64,000 nt of DNA. Source: Ramazzottius varieornatus. Taxonomy: Eukaryota > Animalia > Tardigrada. Shown piece by piece: positions 48,220 through 61,710 of the stretch (within the stretch, counting starts at the first letter, position 1; the number at the start of each line of letters is the position of its first letter). The translations under genes were made by a program, and so were the position numbers. The notes under the pieces were generated by a model. That model made no database searches and was not told the origin of the DNA. It saw only the letters and a list, made by a program, of their open reading frames with translations. Location: assembly GCA_001949185.1 (NCBI GenBank), contig BDGG01000004.1, positions 2,856,912-2,920,911 of the forward strand. Direction: 5' to 3'.

Positions 48220-50860
48220 ATGAGTCAACAGTCACGAGCATCCACCGTGGACTTCGGTTCGGACAACACGGACCTTGCTGAGGATCCTGACCAAGCTGAC
48301 CCAGCCGTTGAGGGTGATCCTTCACAACTCACTCCGCCCTTGTTTGATGTGTTCGACGAAGGTGCATGGACGTCCGCAATCGAGGTACGGGATGCATCGG
48401 TGAGCCAGTATTCCGCAGTCCAGCAATCTTCGAGTGAAGCCGAAGAAGCTGCCAGTCTTCTCAGTCCAGAAAAGCTCACTCCTAGTCAAGCTTCCCAACC
48501 GAAACCCGTCATTCGACGTCCATGGGAAGATTCTCCGTATGGTAAGCTCCACCGATTACGCCTGAGTTTTTACGTCTGAGTGCGCCATGGTAGTAGGCAT
48601 TTTGAGCTTCCAGATATTCCAGGAGCTGATCAGCCTCATCGAGTATCGTTCATCACACCACTGGAGAATCCTGTTGCGGGCAATGGATTTCACCCTGGCG
48701 GCGCTGCCTCAGAACCATGGCCATTTTCCACCGCAACATTCGAATACACTTCCACCATGATCTACCCGAACACTCCACCGGAAGTTGGAAGTGTTGGGTC
48801 TTCAATCCATCCAGGATATCATCCTTCAGAATTTCTAGGGCGTTCTGGCCTCGCACTGTCTCTGTATGGCGGACCCGAAGCAAATCTGCTTGGGGTAAGT
48901 TACCGGACATCACCCACTGATTAGGTATATCAAACTTTCCCCATACTTTTTTTTATTTTTATCTTAGGCGTCTCGGACAACCGTGCGTAGCACAAAGAGG
49001 ACGGAAACTGGATTACCGCAAGGAAGCTCTCAGGTAATCAGTAGTGAAAGAGAATGCTGGAAAATATGCCTTTACAAAAGCTTCGAAACAAGCATGTCTC
49101 GTACATTCTAGATCGCTTCGGCGGCTTTCCACGCCGAGCACCCCGGACGGCAAAATCCGGAGCTGTACCAAGAAGGGTATGAGGAGGAAATTCCGGCTCA
49201 GAATGCTGCCTACCAAGAGTTGTGTCATCATGGGCAGTCCGTGTGGCAGGGACTGCACGGGCCAGACGTTGATCAAGTTAGGTCCTCGTTGTCCCAAGAG
49301 TACGATGAGCCGCTGGAGCTTCGAACCTCGGAGGCTTTTCGTAGCCCTGATACTTCGCAGAGTAAGTCTTCTCTCTAAACACAATTTTCCTTGTCAGACA
49401 GAAAGTTTGTTTCATAAGCCCAAAGACCTAGAAACAAGTCGCAGGACTAGAAGCGGACACAAAAACGAACTTTGGGGAAAAGTCCTTTGAGTCTTCTGGA
49501 AAATAAGATTTCATTATAGAGTGTTTGCAGATTACCCAGTGAGCTTCGACTCATTAACATCGTCAGCAGCCAGTGCTCTTCCCCCATTTCACTTTTCGGA
49601 AAAGACGGAACTCGGGCTTTTGTACAGTTCGCCCAACTCGCACAGTCAGTACACCGTTTCTCCGGCCACTCTCATGGAGACGCCTCCTCAGCTTCCACTA
49701 GAGAGCCGTACGAGACAGAGAACGCGTCGAGAAAGAGCTAGAACGAGCCAAGACGTGGAATCGTACTCGGCGAGACAGGAAACCCAACAGGTCAGACAGG
49801 CGTCCAGCGAAGCAGTCTTCAAGCTCCCGAGAGCTGAAAGGGTCACACGCATTAAGAACCCGAAATCGTTCGTGTTTTCCCACCTTCAAATTGGGAACCT
49901 GCACATCGATGCATCAAACGAGTACGACCCTGACGTCAAGAGACTGTATCGACTGAAGATTGTCTTTTCCGCCAGGTAGAAGGAGAGACTAGGAAAAACT
50001 GCCAAGATTGGTGTCAATGAATTCGCAAAGTGTTTTGGCTTTTAGGAAGCTGATGTACGAATTTGAATCCAAGCATCTCTCAAGTGTAGCTGTCAGCCTG
50101 AAAACAGCCGAGCCACGCGCGCGAATTGATGTTCCGTTCCAGTACATACAAAGGTACAGAGTATACAGTAGGATACGCTATTGAAAACAAGGAAGTCGGT
50201 AAACAATCTCAGCCAAATTTTTCTTCAAATGGCGCACGGTTTCACCCGATATCTCTAGAACAGTGTGCCGCTTGAGAGGACGATCTTGTCGAGATTGTTC
50301 GCCTAGCTTCAGCTATCTCAGTAGTTAGCGCTAATCCTTTTGTATGTGTTGCAGTCTCAAGCAGGAAGGTGACATCGTAACCATCCATACGTTTGACACG
50401 CTACAACTGAACACTTATCTAGGACATCGCGAAGAAAATTCAATTACTCACTTGACCAAGTACATGAAGGAACCAGTTGAAACTAGTTCCCGACTTTCCA
50501 GCTACCACAAGGTATTTCTGAAGTTTTGTGTCACCACCGCTTCCAAAACTAGTGTCCCCAAAATGCCAAGAGGTTTCCTTGCAGCTGACGTTCGAGCCGG
50601 GAGAGGGAGTCAAGTTTAAGTCATTCTACGATGAAGCCCTAAAAGGCCCCAAGAGCTCCGGATCATCTAAGAGTACCACTCCTACTAGTCGCTCCTCGCG
50701 TTCCAGAGCATGCGCGGTCTCGGTGTCAGCTGAAAGAAGCACGTCGTCCAAGAGAACCAACAGGAAGAGACCTGCTTCAGAAGAAGACAAAGCAGAGGAG
50801 GACCCGGAACAGGAAGAAGGAAAGCCAGCGATCAAACGACAAAGATCGACCCGGAAGTAG
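48220..50860 (+). CDS. Uncharacterised, probably nuclear protein: acidic/Pro-rich N-terminus, candidate TRF2/HOY1-type PH-like domain, basic C-terminus
   Basis: About 8 exons; phase-checked joins 49975/50046, 50153/50355, 50511/50585 give FVFSHLQIG..LKIVFSARKLMYEF..RARIDVPFQYIQSLK..SSRLSSYHKLTFEPG; NLS-like KRTNRKRP and KRQRSTRK. Confidence 0.7.
50192..50310. repeat. 53-bp-core fold-back family, copy D (intron 50154-50354)
   Basis: Core 50224-50276 TTCAAATGGCGCAC..GTGTGCCGCTTGAG; outer IR GGTAAACAATCTC / GAGATTGTTCGCC. Confidence 0.65.
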
Positions 50861-51200
50861 CGGTTAGTCGAGTATTTTATTCGTTTCGGTGAATTTCCGG
50901 AGAAACGCATTAGGTTTATTTTTTGTTCAGTTATCTTAGTACGTTCAGGACTTACGTTTTTTGTTTTCGTTTGTTGAGGACTACCTCAGGACCTGACTCA
51001 ACTGTGATGTTTCTTTGCTCGTCCTCGGCGGACCGTAGTTTTTTGTTTTGCCCGATACGCCGTAGAAACTTGATTTCTTTGTACAGTCGACATGACGCAG
51101 AATCTTTCATTGTGCCTTTTCCACGGGAACATAACCTTGTTAGAAATAAATTGGGCAAAAGCCTTCCAACGACCAAAAAACTAAACCTTACAGTACATGC

Positions 51201-54200
51201 TTATTGAAAGACGCAAATGTAAATACTAAGCAAAGTAGCTAACAAGATTGTAAACCACAACCAAAAACCATTACGTTTACTCGAAAAAGGATCATCTTTG
51301 GGAAGAGCTTTGATAAAAGTGGAAATGGTCAAAAGGGTTTTCTGCATTGCTCGTAACTCTGTCAACATCAGCGCTTGCTGAGTCTGCATTGTCTGGACAG
51401 TCGTCCATATGAGATCGTTCGTAGCTGCAACTGGAAGACTGGATAGATTAGGACTTTCCTCTGTAATGAAATCACGTTACATTCTATTACCGCAAACCAG
51501 CAAGACAAAAAACAAACCTATAATCCGCTGCCGTGATATTTCATCCGAAGTGTCAGAGTCAACCACTTCGTTGTACTGCCGGCTCTTCTTCCGCCGTTGT
51601 ACCGTCTTGCCGGTACTTTCGAAACTGGAACCTTTCTCCGAACTTTTAAAACCGGTATCTACCACTGGGCACGGAACCTGGACCAAACTGGGACCTTGGT
51701 GTCGTAACTTCGTTTGAATAACGAAGTCCTTCTCGTATTGATGAAGATCTAGTTGCGGATCCCACGGACGAGTACTACAAAGGCAAATTCTGTACTATAC
51801 GATTCATTCAGGTAACCCTATCAGACACAGAGAGGCATTTACGTCACGTACTCTGCATGCTTGTAGATCCACTCTCCAGCTGCATCTTGGGTGAACAATC
51901 GCGGAGTCCACGTTTCATTCTTCTGTGCACGTTGTCGAGCGGCCTCGCGCTGATTATCTTCCAGTAAGGTCTTCTCTCGCGTCGCATCCACTTGGTTTTC
52001 CTCGGATAAAGCGGCAGTGACACCCGACCATAACCTGACAAAAACCCACACATCAGTCAGTCCAACGCAAAACCATCAAACTTCCTCGTTTTCACTTCCG
52101 GTTTCAAAACACTGTAAACTGTAAAATATTTGAACTGCGTCTTCAACAAACAAATTTAACAAATTTAACAAACTCAACAACAAATTTTAACGACATCAGA
52201 AGCTTGTGTACTTTTCGGATTCGAAGTCTTCTTGACTGTCGACAGGGACCGTGTAGCGAGGCAGACGAGCGTTCGGTATGGGTTTCCAACAAAGCTCCGT
52301 ATGCTGTAATTTTCAAAAAGATAGTTACGACAGGGACGCTCATAATAAACACCTTAAAAAAGCACCGTGTGAACAAATTTGTTAAGTCTAGTCCACGCAC
52401 ATGGCCTAACTGCCACCATAGACAAAACGGTCGGCAGCCGGCTGAATGTGGCAACGCACATTAAATGAAGCTGGCCATTGCCGCTATCGGCCGGCTGGTA
52501 ATAGTTTCGTCCAGGCCAACAGTTAAGCCAGGCGGGTCTACTGTACCTTGGTCTTTGCGTCAGTCAAGTAGATTTCTCCATCCCAACTTCCTTGCAGAGT
52601 GGCCATTACTTCATCGCCCAGTTTGATTTTGCCCTCAAGCGGGTTTACCGTTCGTGTGAGCCATACGGAGAAATTGAGCTCGCAGGTGTAACCAGTGGTC
52701 GGGCAGGAAATCGTCACTTTCCCTGTTGGACATTACTATACAGTTGAATTTGAGCACAAGATGGACGGCGAATGGAGGCCACGGTGGAATATAAAACACT
52801 CACCACCCATGTCCATCGATAGTTTGCCAAACAACATTCCTTTGCAAATTACATGTGGCATAGTTATGAAGTATTCTTCGCCTCGATTAAGCAATTTTAG
52901 TCGACCGGTTCCTTCCAGAATGGCCAGGATGGAATTCCCTAAGCGGAAGAAATAACCGTGAAAAACTTTACGTGATATTCAGACAAAACCAATTTGTTGA
53001 CGAACCTTTATACTTTGATCGCGTCAGTATTCCGCCGCTTATTGTAAATCCCTGGTTTCGGTTACTGACGTAGAACGCGGTTACAGGTGGATGATGCGAC
53101 ACCTGGAAAAGAATGCTCGTCATGAGAACAAATTCGACAACAGCTCACGTGGTGTACTATCACGCGATGGAAATGGTAAAAAGTAAGGGATAAAGTACGT
53201 ACCTGTTCAGCAACATAAAAGGTTCGCGAAGGAGTCTCGCCCGGATGTTCCCATACACACCGGAAGACCTCCCCCAATATAGGATTGTAAGGTTTCTTCA
53301 CTCCCTACGATGAAAAGCAATAAGCCGACTTAAATTTAATCACGCCTTTGTTCTTCCCCACTACCTTGGGCTTTTTGTAGAAGCCGGATAAGTACCAGAC
53401 AACGAGACCCTTCATCCGATCGAAAGGCTGTTCACACTGCGAGGCCCTGGAAATCAAGTCATAATCTCGCGATATTGGAAAGCTTGCTCGCTCTTTAGAA
53501 CATTCAGGGGAGATGCTAGACTTACCGAGCGATGAGGTCCGCGTGATAGTAGTAATCGGACAGCTTATCCAGTAATGACCGGGGATCCAGGATGAAGGTC
53601 GGAAGGGTGACCTTGGACAGGTCCATACCGGGTCGTACTTGTGACAGCAGGTGCCAGAACAGAGACTTCTCTTCTTCGGGAATCCTTTCTTCCAGGCCTT
53701 TATTATGCTATAAAAGAGAAGCCGGTATGTAACTCATCAAAAACAGAAAGCCATGCAGTGCTTACCTGCCCAAGCTCTTCTTCCTTGTGAACCGTATACA
53801 AGGTTTCCTTGATCTCTTCCTCAGTCACCGGAACCACGAGACGTTCTCCGTCCTCCTTCTCGCTACAAAATTCATTCTCGTCCTCCTCTATAACACATTA
53901 AGATAATCACCGCTAGTCTGGTCTGTAATAATGTGATACTAAGTTCTACTGGTAGCATTCTGTTTCGAGTGCAATATAGTATGACGATTAGGATTTGCGT
54001 ACCAGGAGAATCCGACTCGTTCCAGTGAGAGTCTTCGACAAACACAGAGTTCCTGGGAGACTCCGTAGGGAGCGTATCATCATTCCGTCTTCCAACAGGC
54101 TCCGACTGCATACGCTTCAGCAGCGGTTTACCATTATCGTCGGAGGAAGTGCTTTTGCGGATGAGTGCTCTGGAGTTGGCAGGCTGGGTGAAAAAGTCTG

Positions 54201-55315
54201 GCGAGTGCTTCACTACCAGCTCTATGCACGACAGCCACTCTCGACCTACAAATACCCTTCATGATCGAGTGAATCGTACTAAATCATATGACACAAGAAC
54301 CACCAGAGAACAACTTAGGGTTGTAGACCTACCACGAGCGTCATTAGCTGCACGCAAGATAACATGGTTCTCCGGTAGCGGTACAATGGTCTCGTACAGT
54401 CCCTTGAGGATTTCGCCATGAGGACCTTTGTTAGCCCAAATACTCTGTTCTGCAAAAACACGGGGAAAACCCAACTTAGGCATTGCTTTTCTGCAGAAAA
54501 GCCCCACATTAATGAAACTCTAACATATTTAGTCAATAAATAACGAAATTGCATTCTGCAAATTATCTTATGAATCAAATATCTGCATTGTAATGAATGT
54601 ACGGTGTTAGTACCTAGGGGATGGTAGATCTTGAAGCAAAAGCCTTCCTTCTTGCTGGGTCGCATAATTACTCGGCAAACATTGAGGAGAATGGTTCCGA
54701 TCCACACATTGGCCTATTGATTTACAAATGAAACCTCGGTATCGAAAGGGACACGAATAAAAAATCGATTCTTCTTGAAGAGCACGTTTAAACAATGCAG
54801 GCTATAAATACGTACTTCGCCAGGACGAGCCTCGTTACGATACAGGATCATGCCACCAGGTTTTAAGTCGCACCAAACCTTGGTCCACGTCTTGATGGTA
54901 GTGCGTGCTTTCAGCCAGCCCGACTCAATGAGGAAAGTGGATTCAGCCAAGCACTGCACAATCTCGTCCGTCAGGCGTTTCTTCTCCACCTTGTACTTCC
55001 GCTTTTGTTCCTTGTAGGTTGGCTTCCGAGTCAGGGGTGAGACATGGTCTGCAACACTGCTCTCTCCTTCCTTGTCCTGACGAAGCGCTCCAGGCTCGAC
55101 AGCCATATCGGAAGTCGAGGTCGTCCCATATAACGTATATGGGGGCCGATCTGAAAGGAAACCAAAATTATCCCAACATCATGAAAGTTTCAACAGATCA
55201 TTATAATGTCATTTCTATCTTCATACTTCTTCGATGCGCAACTTACATTCAATCTCGGGCGAACTGGCGAACTGCTGGACGTTGTCCGAGCGCGGCGAAG
55301 AGGAGCTGTGACCAT
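51201..55315 (-). CDS. OSBPL8: Oxysterol-binding protein-related protein 5/8 (PH + ORD + C-terminal TM); 5' end uncertain
   Basis: [79 protein letters not shown]|VSHHPP, C-terminal [21 protein letters not shown]. Confidence 0.93.
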
Positions 55316-56723
55316 TCTGCAGGGGACTCCAACCACGGAATTTCGCAGTCGCCATCGGTCGTAGGAAAACACAACTACACGTTGGGAAGTTTAAACTCCA
55401 GGCATTCTTGCAACCCGTTGAAGCAGCTATTAAAGTGGGGATCGTTTCGATGGAAAAACCCTGGCTTGGAGGCCTACACTTGGCTTTGCGCAGCAGCTAA
55501 TGAAATTCAACGCGGAGCTTAGTTGTCACAGCTCACGGGACTTTAAACTAAAAGCAAAGTGCTGTAATAAAACGATACAAAGTGTATATCCTGCTGATCC
55601 TGACAACAGAGAACACAGGAGCTGAATCGAACATACGCATGTACTGCACATATCAACTTACAGTGTTGTAAGCAGCGAACACCGACCGGGGACAGTATCC
55701 TGGAATCGATCCTGTGTGCAACGTCCTGCTGTCAGTCAGAGTTTAACGCTGAAAGCCATTCCGCTGCTGACGACAGAAGAGATTTCAATCATCCAAATCT
55801 CCCATCGGCTCGCTAGCTTCCCCCGCTTGAGACCTGGATCCTGGAGGAAGCCGTTAAGCTTTCTTGCATCCAGGGTCGATTCATAATGCGGGTTATCCAA
55901 AGACACGGCCGACCTGCGAACAGTTCTGTGTAATTTGAAAGACAAAGAACTTACAGTTTACGCCCGAAACACGGATCTCCAGAGAAAACAACGATTATGA
56001 TCGAGTTTCGATTCCGGATTCTCCAGAAACTGACCTCTCCGTCGCCGGAAGTCATAAATCATAATTGATAAAAACCACTTTCTCTATAGCGCCAGCGGTG
56101 GACGGGTGATTTATTCAGTGAATTATTCAAACCACGGAACGGCTTTGCAACCTCAAGCGCAGCCCAACTTTGGAACGGCAATCAGTCGATCAATATTGTT
56201 CATATGAAAAATACCGTTCCGAATATAGTTCGAACATTAGGTCTCCTGTTCAGTAGAGGCAAAATTCGCGCACTGATGACAAACACAGCCTGTCGTACCG
56301 GTTCTTGACAGGCCGTAGGTGGCATTCTTTTGATTTTCGATATTAGGCTGAATAAATCACCCGTCCACCGCTGTATAGCGCACATGAGAATGAACGGCTA
56401 TGTTTGTGTGTCACGATGTCACAAGATTATTCCGTCACAAAAATATGTCGACCAGCGTATATGTTGATTGTTGATTGCTTCAGAGTTCAACTAATTACTA
56501 ATCGACTTGAACTTGGCAATCTTCATGTTGTGGTTTTCTCATTCCCATTTTTCTCCTCCAGGATCACTTGATCTCCGAAATTTCATCCCCTTAGCCAAGT
56601 CCAGTTCTGCGTGTGACACTGGAGGGGAATATCGCTGGGTAGTGTCTTACCGTAACTTGGTGGCTTGAAACTCACCGCGAAGGGACGTCGGTAACACCAA
56701 AGAGCCATTGGAGCATCGCTACT

Positions 56724-57675
56724 ATGTGGGCATTTGCTCCTGCTGTTTTTCTCTTGGCGATCGCTGCGAACGCGGAAAAGGTTCGTGATGTTTTCTTCAT
56801 GCTGAAACTTCGTTTCACTCAGTTACATTTTCCTGGTCTTGGCAGTTCGTTGACTCAAGTACAACCGAAATGTGATGCTTATTATCCTGATTATTAGCTG
56901 TATACTTGCGCCGTGATGGAGTTAAAAAGTGCCCACTCTCTCAGTACTGTAAACCTGGATATCTTGTTGCAGGCAGGGGACGAAGAGCTTTCGGACAAGA
57001 GATGCAAATGCGTTTGTCCACGAGTCAATGGAACCTCGCGAGCTGTCTACACGAATAAAGACGTTACTCCTGATCTCTGTAACTGCGACCATGTCGTACT
57101 TCCGGCACTGCTATTAGAAGGCTATCACGGTTACGATGCTAGTGAGTTCTGCGCACGATGCCAGTGTAAGCACGAAAGTCGTAATTCGGCAACTATCAAG
57201 GTACGTTCTTGCAGCTGAAACGGAACCCAATCTATGGATTGCGTTTGTCAAGCTCACCATGAATGCATCTTCTCTGTAGGCAGTCGTGATTGCCTTCCTC
57301 GTTGTGACTGGAATTCTCATGGTCTACATGGTGTATTTAGTAGCGGAAGCCAAGTTTTTCAAAAGCGGAAAGAGTTTGAGCGAGGACTCCGACATGGCCT
57401 ACGAACAACAGATTGATGAGGAGGTAATTTGTCCGCTGAGCTATGAGACAATAGTTGGATCGTGGTACACATCGAGCAGTGTTAGAAGATTTCGTAAAAT
57501 GGTTTGTCACTTGCAGTATACTTCGTCTCGGGGAACAGCGGAAGTGGAGCACCGACAGCCGTCCCATGGTGCATCCATTCGTTCTCGTCTCAAACATCAA
57601 ATGACCAAATGGAAGAAAGCTGTCATGCAGCAAAGAGGGAATGTTTATGTCCGCAGGACAGTTCTTAATAATTGA
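56724..57675 (+). CDS. TMEM9: TMEM9-family protein (exons 56724-56780, 56973-57200, 57280-57423, 57517-57675)
   Basis: Signal peptide, DKRCKCVCP..CNCDHVV..FCARCQCKHESRNSATIK, single TM, KWKKAVMQQRGNVYVRRTVLN. Confidence 0.92.
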
Positions 57676-57771
57676 GTTTTGTAATATCCCGTTGATATCT
57701 ATTGTTCGCAAAGCATCACTATGCTCATTTTGGTGGCTACAGTGTAACAAACTTGCAGATTTCACATGTGT

Positions 57772-57973
57772 AAACTATCTCTTCTTTAGAAAACAGTTTT
57801 AATGCATCTGCAAAAGGTTGAAGAAGGCCAGCAACACCAAGCTTATTGGGACCTTTACGAATTTGCCTGTATCTCAGTACCTTACGTTCCAGTAGTGTCA
57901 AAAAAGCAACAGCAACCATGACAAAAACTAGAACCTGAAGATAATAAACAAAAACATCAAATATAAAGAGTAT
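57772..57973 (-). pseudogene. nad1: Nuclear mitochondrial insertion: 5' fragment of nad1
   Basis: ATA start at 57973 in frame with [14 protein letters not shown](S)Y(S)[28 protein letters not shown], reading AGA/AGG as Ser (invertebrate mitochondrial code); abrupt AT enrichment; truncated after ~67 codons. Confidence 0.95.
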
Positions 57974-58036
57974 TTTTAGAGAAAATAAAATTTATATTTG
58001 AACTTTAAATTCAAAGCACTAATCTGCCACACTAAA
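57974..58036 (-). tRNA. trnL2: Mitochondrial-type tRNA-Leu(UUR) within the NUMT
   Basis: TTTAGTG-TGGCAGATTAGTGC-TTGAA TT TAA AG TTCAA..CTCTAAA; anticodon TAA. Confidence 0.8.
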
Positions 58037-58098
58037 CTTTAAGAAAATGTAAATTTATATGCTACCCTATCAAGATAGTCCTTTTCAGGCATCTTAAA
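58037..58098 (-). tRNA. trnI: Mitochondrial-type tRNA-Ile within the NUMT
   Basis: TTTAAGA-TGCCTGAAAAGGA-CTATC TT GAT AG GGTAG..TCTTAAA; paired acceptor stem, anticodon GAT. Confidence 0.85.
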
Positions 58099-58154
58099 GT
58101 GTATAAAATACATTTTTAAATCCTAAATTTAACACACTAATCTGCCAACAAAAA
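58099..58154 (-). tRNA. trnL1: Mitochondrial-type tRNA-Leu(CUN) within the NUMT (3' acceptor strand poorly paired)
   Basis: TTGGCAGATTAGTGTG-TTAAA TT TAG GA TTTAA; anticodon TAG. Confidence 0.7.
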
Positions 58155-58253
58155 TTTTTAAAAAACAACAGAGACATAATAATATAAAACATTTTTAATT
58201 ACATTTTTAAACTGGCTACGCCCAACCAAATTTCAATATTATATTAATTAATG

Positions 58254-58471
58254 AATAAATAAATAAAAAATAATATAAGCATAATAAATAAATAAGACGA
58301 AAAAACACAAATAATAAGAAAAAAAGCACATAAAAAAGATGATCTTATAATAAATAAAGCAAGATCATCTTATTATTATAAGATCATCTTTTTTATGTGC
58401 TTTTTTTCTTATTCTTTTTTGTGTTTTTTCGTCTTATTTATTTATATGCTTATATTATTTTTTATTTATTA
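58254..58471. repeat. AT-rich palindrome with about 100-bp arms at the NUMT boundary
   Basis: ..AAGACGAAAAAACACAAA..AAGCACATAAAAAAGATGATCTTATAATAA (to 58353) / TTATTATAAGATCATCTTTTTTATGTGCTT..TTTGTGTTTTTTCGTCTT.. (from 58373). Confidence 0.9.
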
Positions 58472-58528
58472 TTTTTAATTTTCTTCTTTCTGCTATCTCG
58501 GAATGAAAGTGCTGATCCTTGTAATGTA

Positions 58529-60016
<1,488 letters not shown>

Positions 60017-61710
60017 CGCAGTAGAAGTACATGGGATGGTCTTGGAGGAGTAATCTAAACAAATGCAACACAAAAATCCATCTGGACTCTGAACAAACGA
60101 TCCATTCAAATGAAAAGGCGCCAAAAGAAGAAGGCCAAAATTTTCGGTCCTCAGTCCAGTCGATCCCCGGGGACGGATCGTCGGTTCCCCAATCCAGGGG
60201 TCTCGCTGTTGCCGGACTTTGATGCGGATGTGTCCCTGATTCGGGCTTTCAACGTCATTATACAATAATCAGAAAATCATCACTGGACCTTAAGAAATTG
60301 TCAGGAAGAGCCTGTTCTATGCTCATCGCTCGCATGAGAACGTTCTCGTCCAGCATACGGGTCAGCCTTCCTACAACTCCACCAAATGCTTCCTGCACTC
60401 AAGAGTTTAATTGAGTCCAGGGTTTACCATTTCATGTTTCTTCGAGTTGAACAAAAGCGGGCTTGTGCTCAGCTGCCGAATCCTTCGTAAGATACAGTAA
60501 TTATACGAAAAGCGAACGGGGCGTAAAGGTCATAGATATTTGGAGAGGTGATGGATTAGTTTGTTGGTCATGCCAGACACACCGGTCAGATTATCTTCAA
60601 GATTAACTGTGTCAATAGTTGATAGTGTGGTCAGCCGTATCCCTTGACCTCAACACGAGCCATATGCTACACACTATATGCAACTGAAACTTTGGTAACG
60701 TCACAAGTTCTTCCAAGCAGATACCCAAGGGCCAGCGCAGAAACACATACAAGGCTCACAGGGGGACTTCCTGGCTGTTTCGAGTGCCGGTTCAACTGTT
60801 ATGTGTACGTGGTACTGTACACGTTTATGGTTACTTGCGCAATTGAAATGGGAAGACATCATTATTTCCCGTAGGAAGTCCGCACTGTACACGCAGTTTG
60901 GGGTTTCTCAGGGAGTTTAGATGAGAAGTCATTGCGGCCGATGCACTCATTCGCCATTAGCACAACACGGTTATGCACTAATGCCGTCCTTCTCCAGTTA
61001 GAACTGTTGATGAATATGTACTGCCTGATAGGTTAGAGCAGCTCTCCGAGAACGGATGGACGCCGGACAGTTATGATGGATTACCGGACTGTGGTCATTC
61101 AAATCACTGTCATGATCTGGATATTCAGCGGCTATTCATGCGTAGAACTTGTCCAATTCATTCACTGATAGAATATTCCACCCATCCATCCTCATTGCTT
61201 TATCTTGACGTTTTAATCTGTCTATGTGTATCAAAGCTCATCAAACGTCTGCTTGCTTCCTGCAAATATCCTGTTATGAGGGCGCACAGACAAAGACAGT
61301 AAAAGCCTCCTCGTTATATTGGCACATGATCTTCCAAAGAATTATTTAGCACTCCGTATGTCCGAATGAACACACACCCGTCGCGCAGGATAAATACTAG
61401 TGATAACCAGCCAGAATCCAAGGCTTTGCAGAATCTATGGAATGCGATGCGAAAAGTCTGCGGGATTAAATATGGGCCCTGCTAATCCTGTTAGGAATCA
61501 ATGATAACAATAGTTCGCGCTGCTGCTCTTTTACACCTTTATCTGACCACCGCAGTCTTCCTTCGTTCTCTGTTCCGACCAATCTCGCCGTACCATGTAA
61601 AAAGGACAAACAAAACTAAGCATGCCGTATCTTGCTGGACCGATTCCCCACTAATAATCCCTCTCGACTTTGAAGCCTTTTCATCACTTGGTACATTTTA
61701 TCGCCGGATA

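Noticed and set aside
15278-50276. CRISPR-like reading of the repeat-spacer-repeat 53-bp cores
   Set aside because: Copies are dispersed inverted repeats in eukaryotic DNA; there is no array and no cas gene.
43780-56053. CCGGAAGT ETS-like motifs upstream of MKRN2OS and OSBPL8, and CCAGGAAG pair at ~47860
   Set aside because: Short motif also present in introns and CDS; no TSS data to support function.
58155-58250. Additional mt tRNA (Tyr) or rrnL 3' end next to trnL1
   Set aside because: No convincing stems or conserved rrnL motif.
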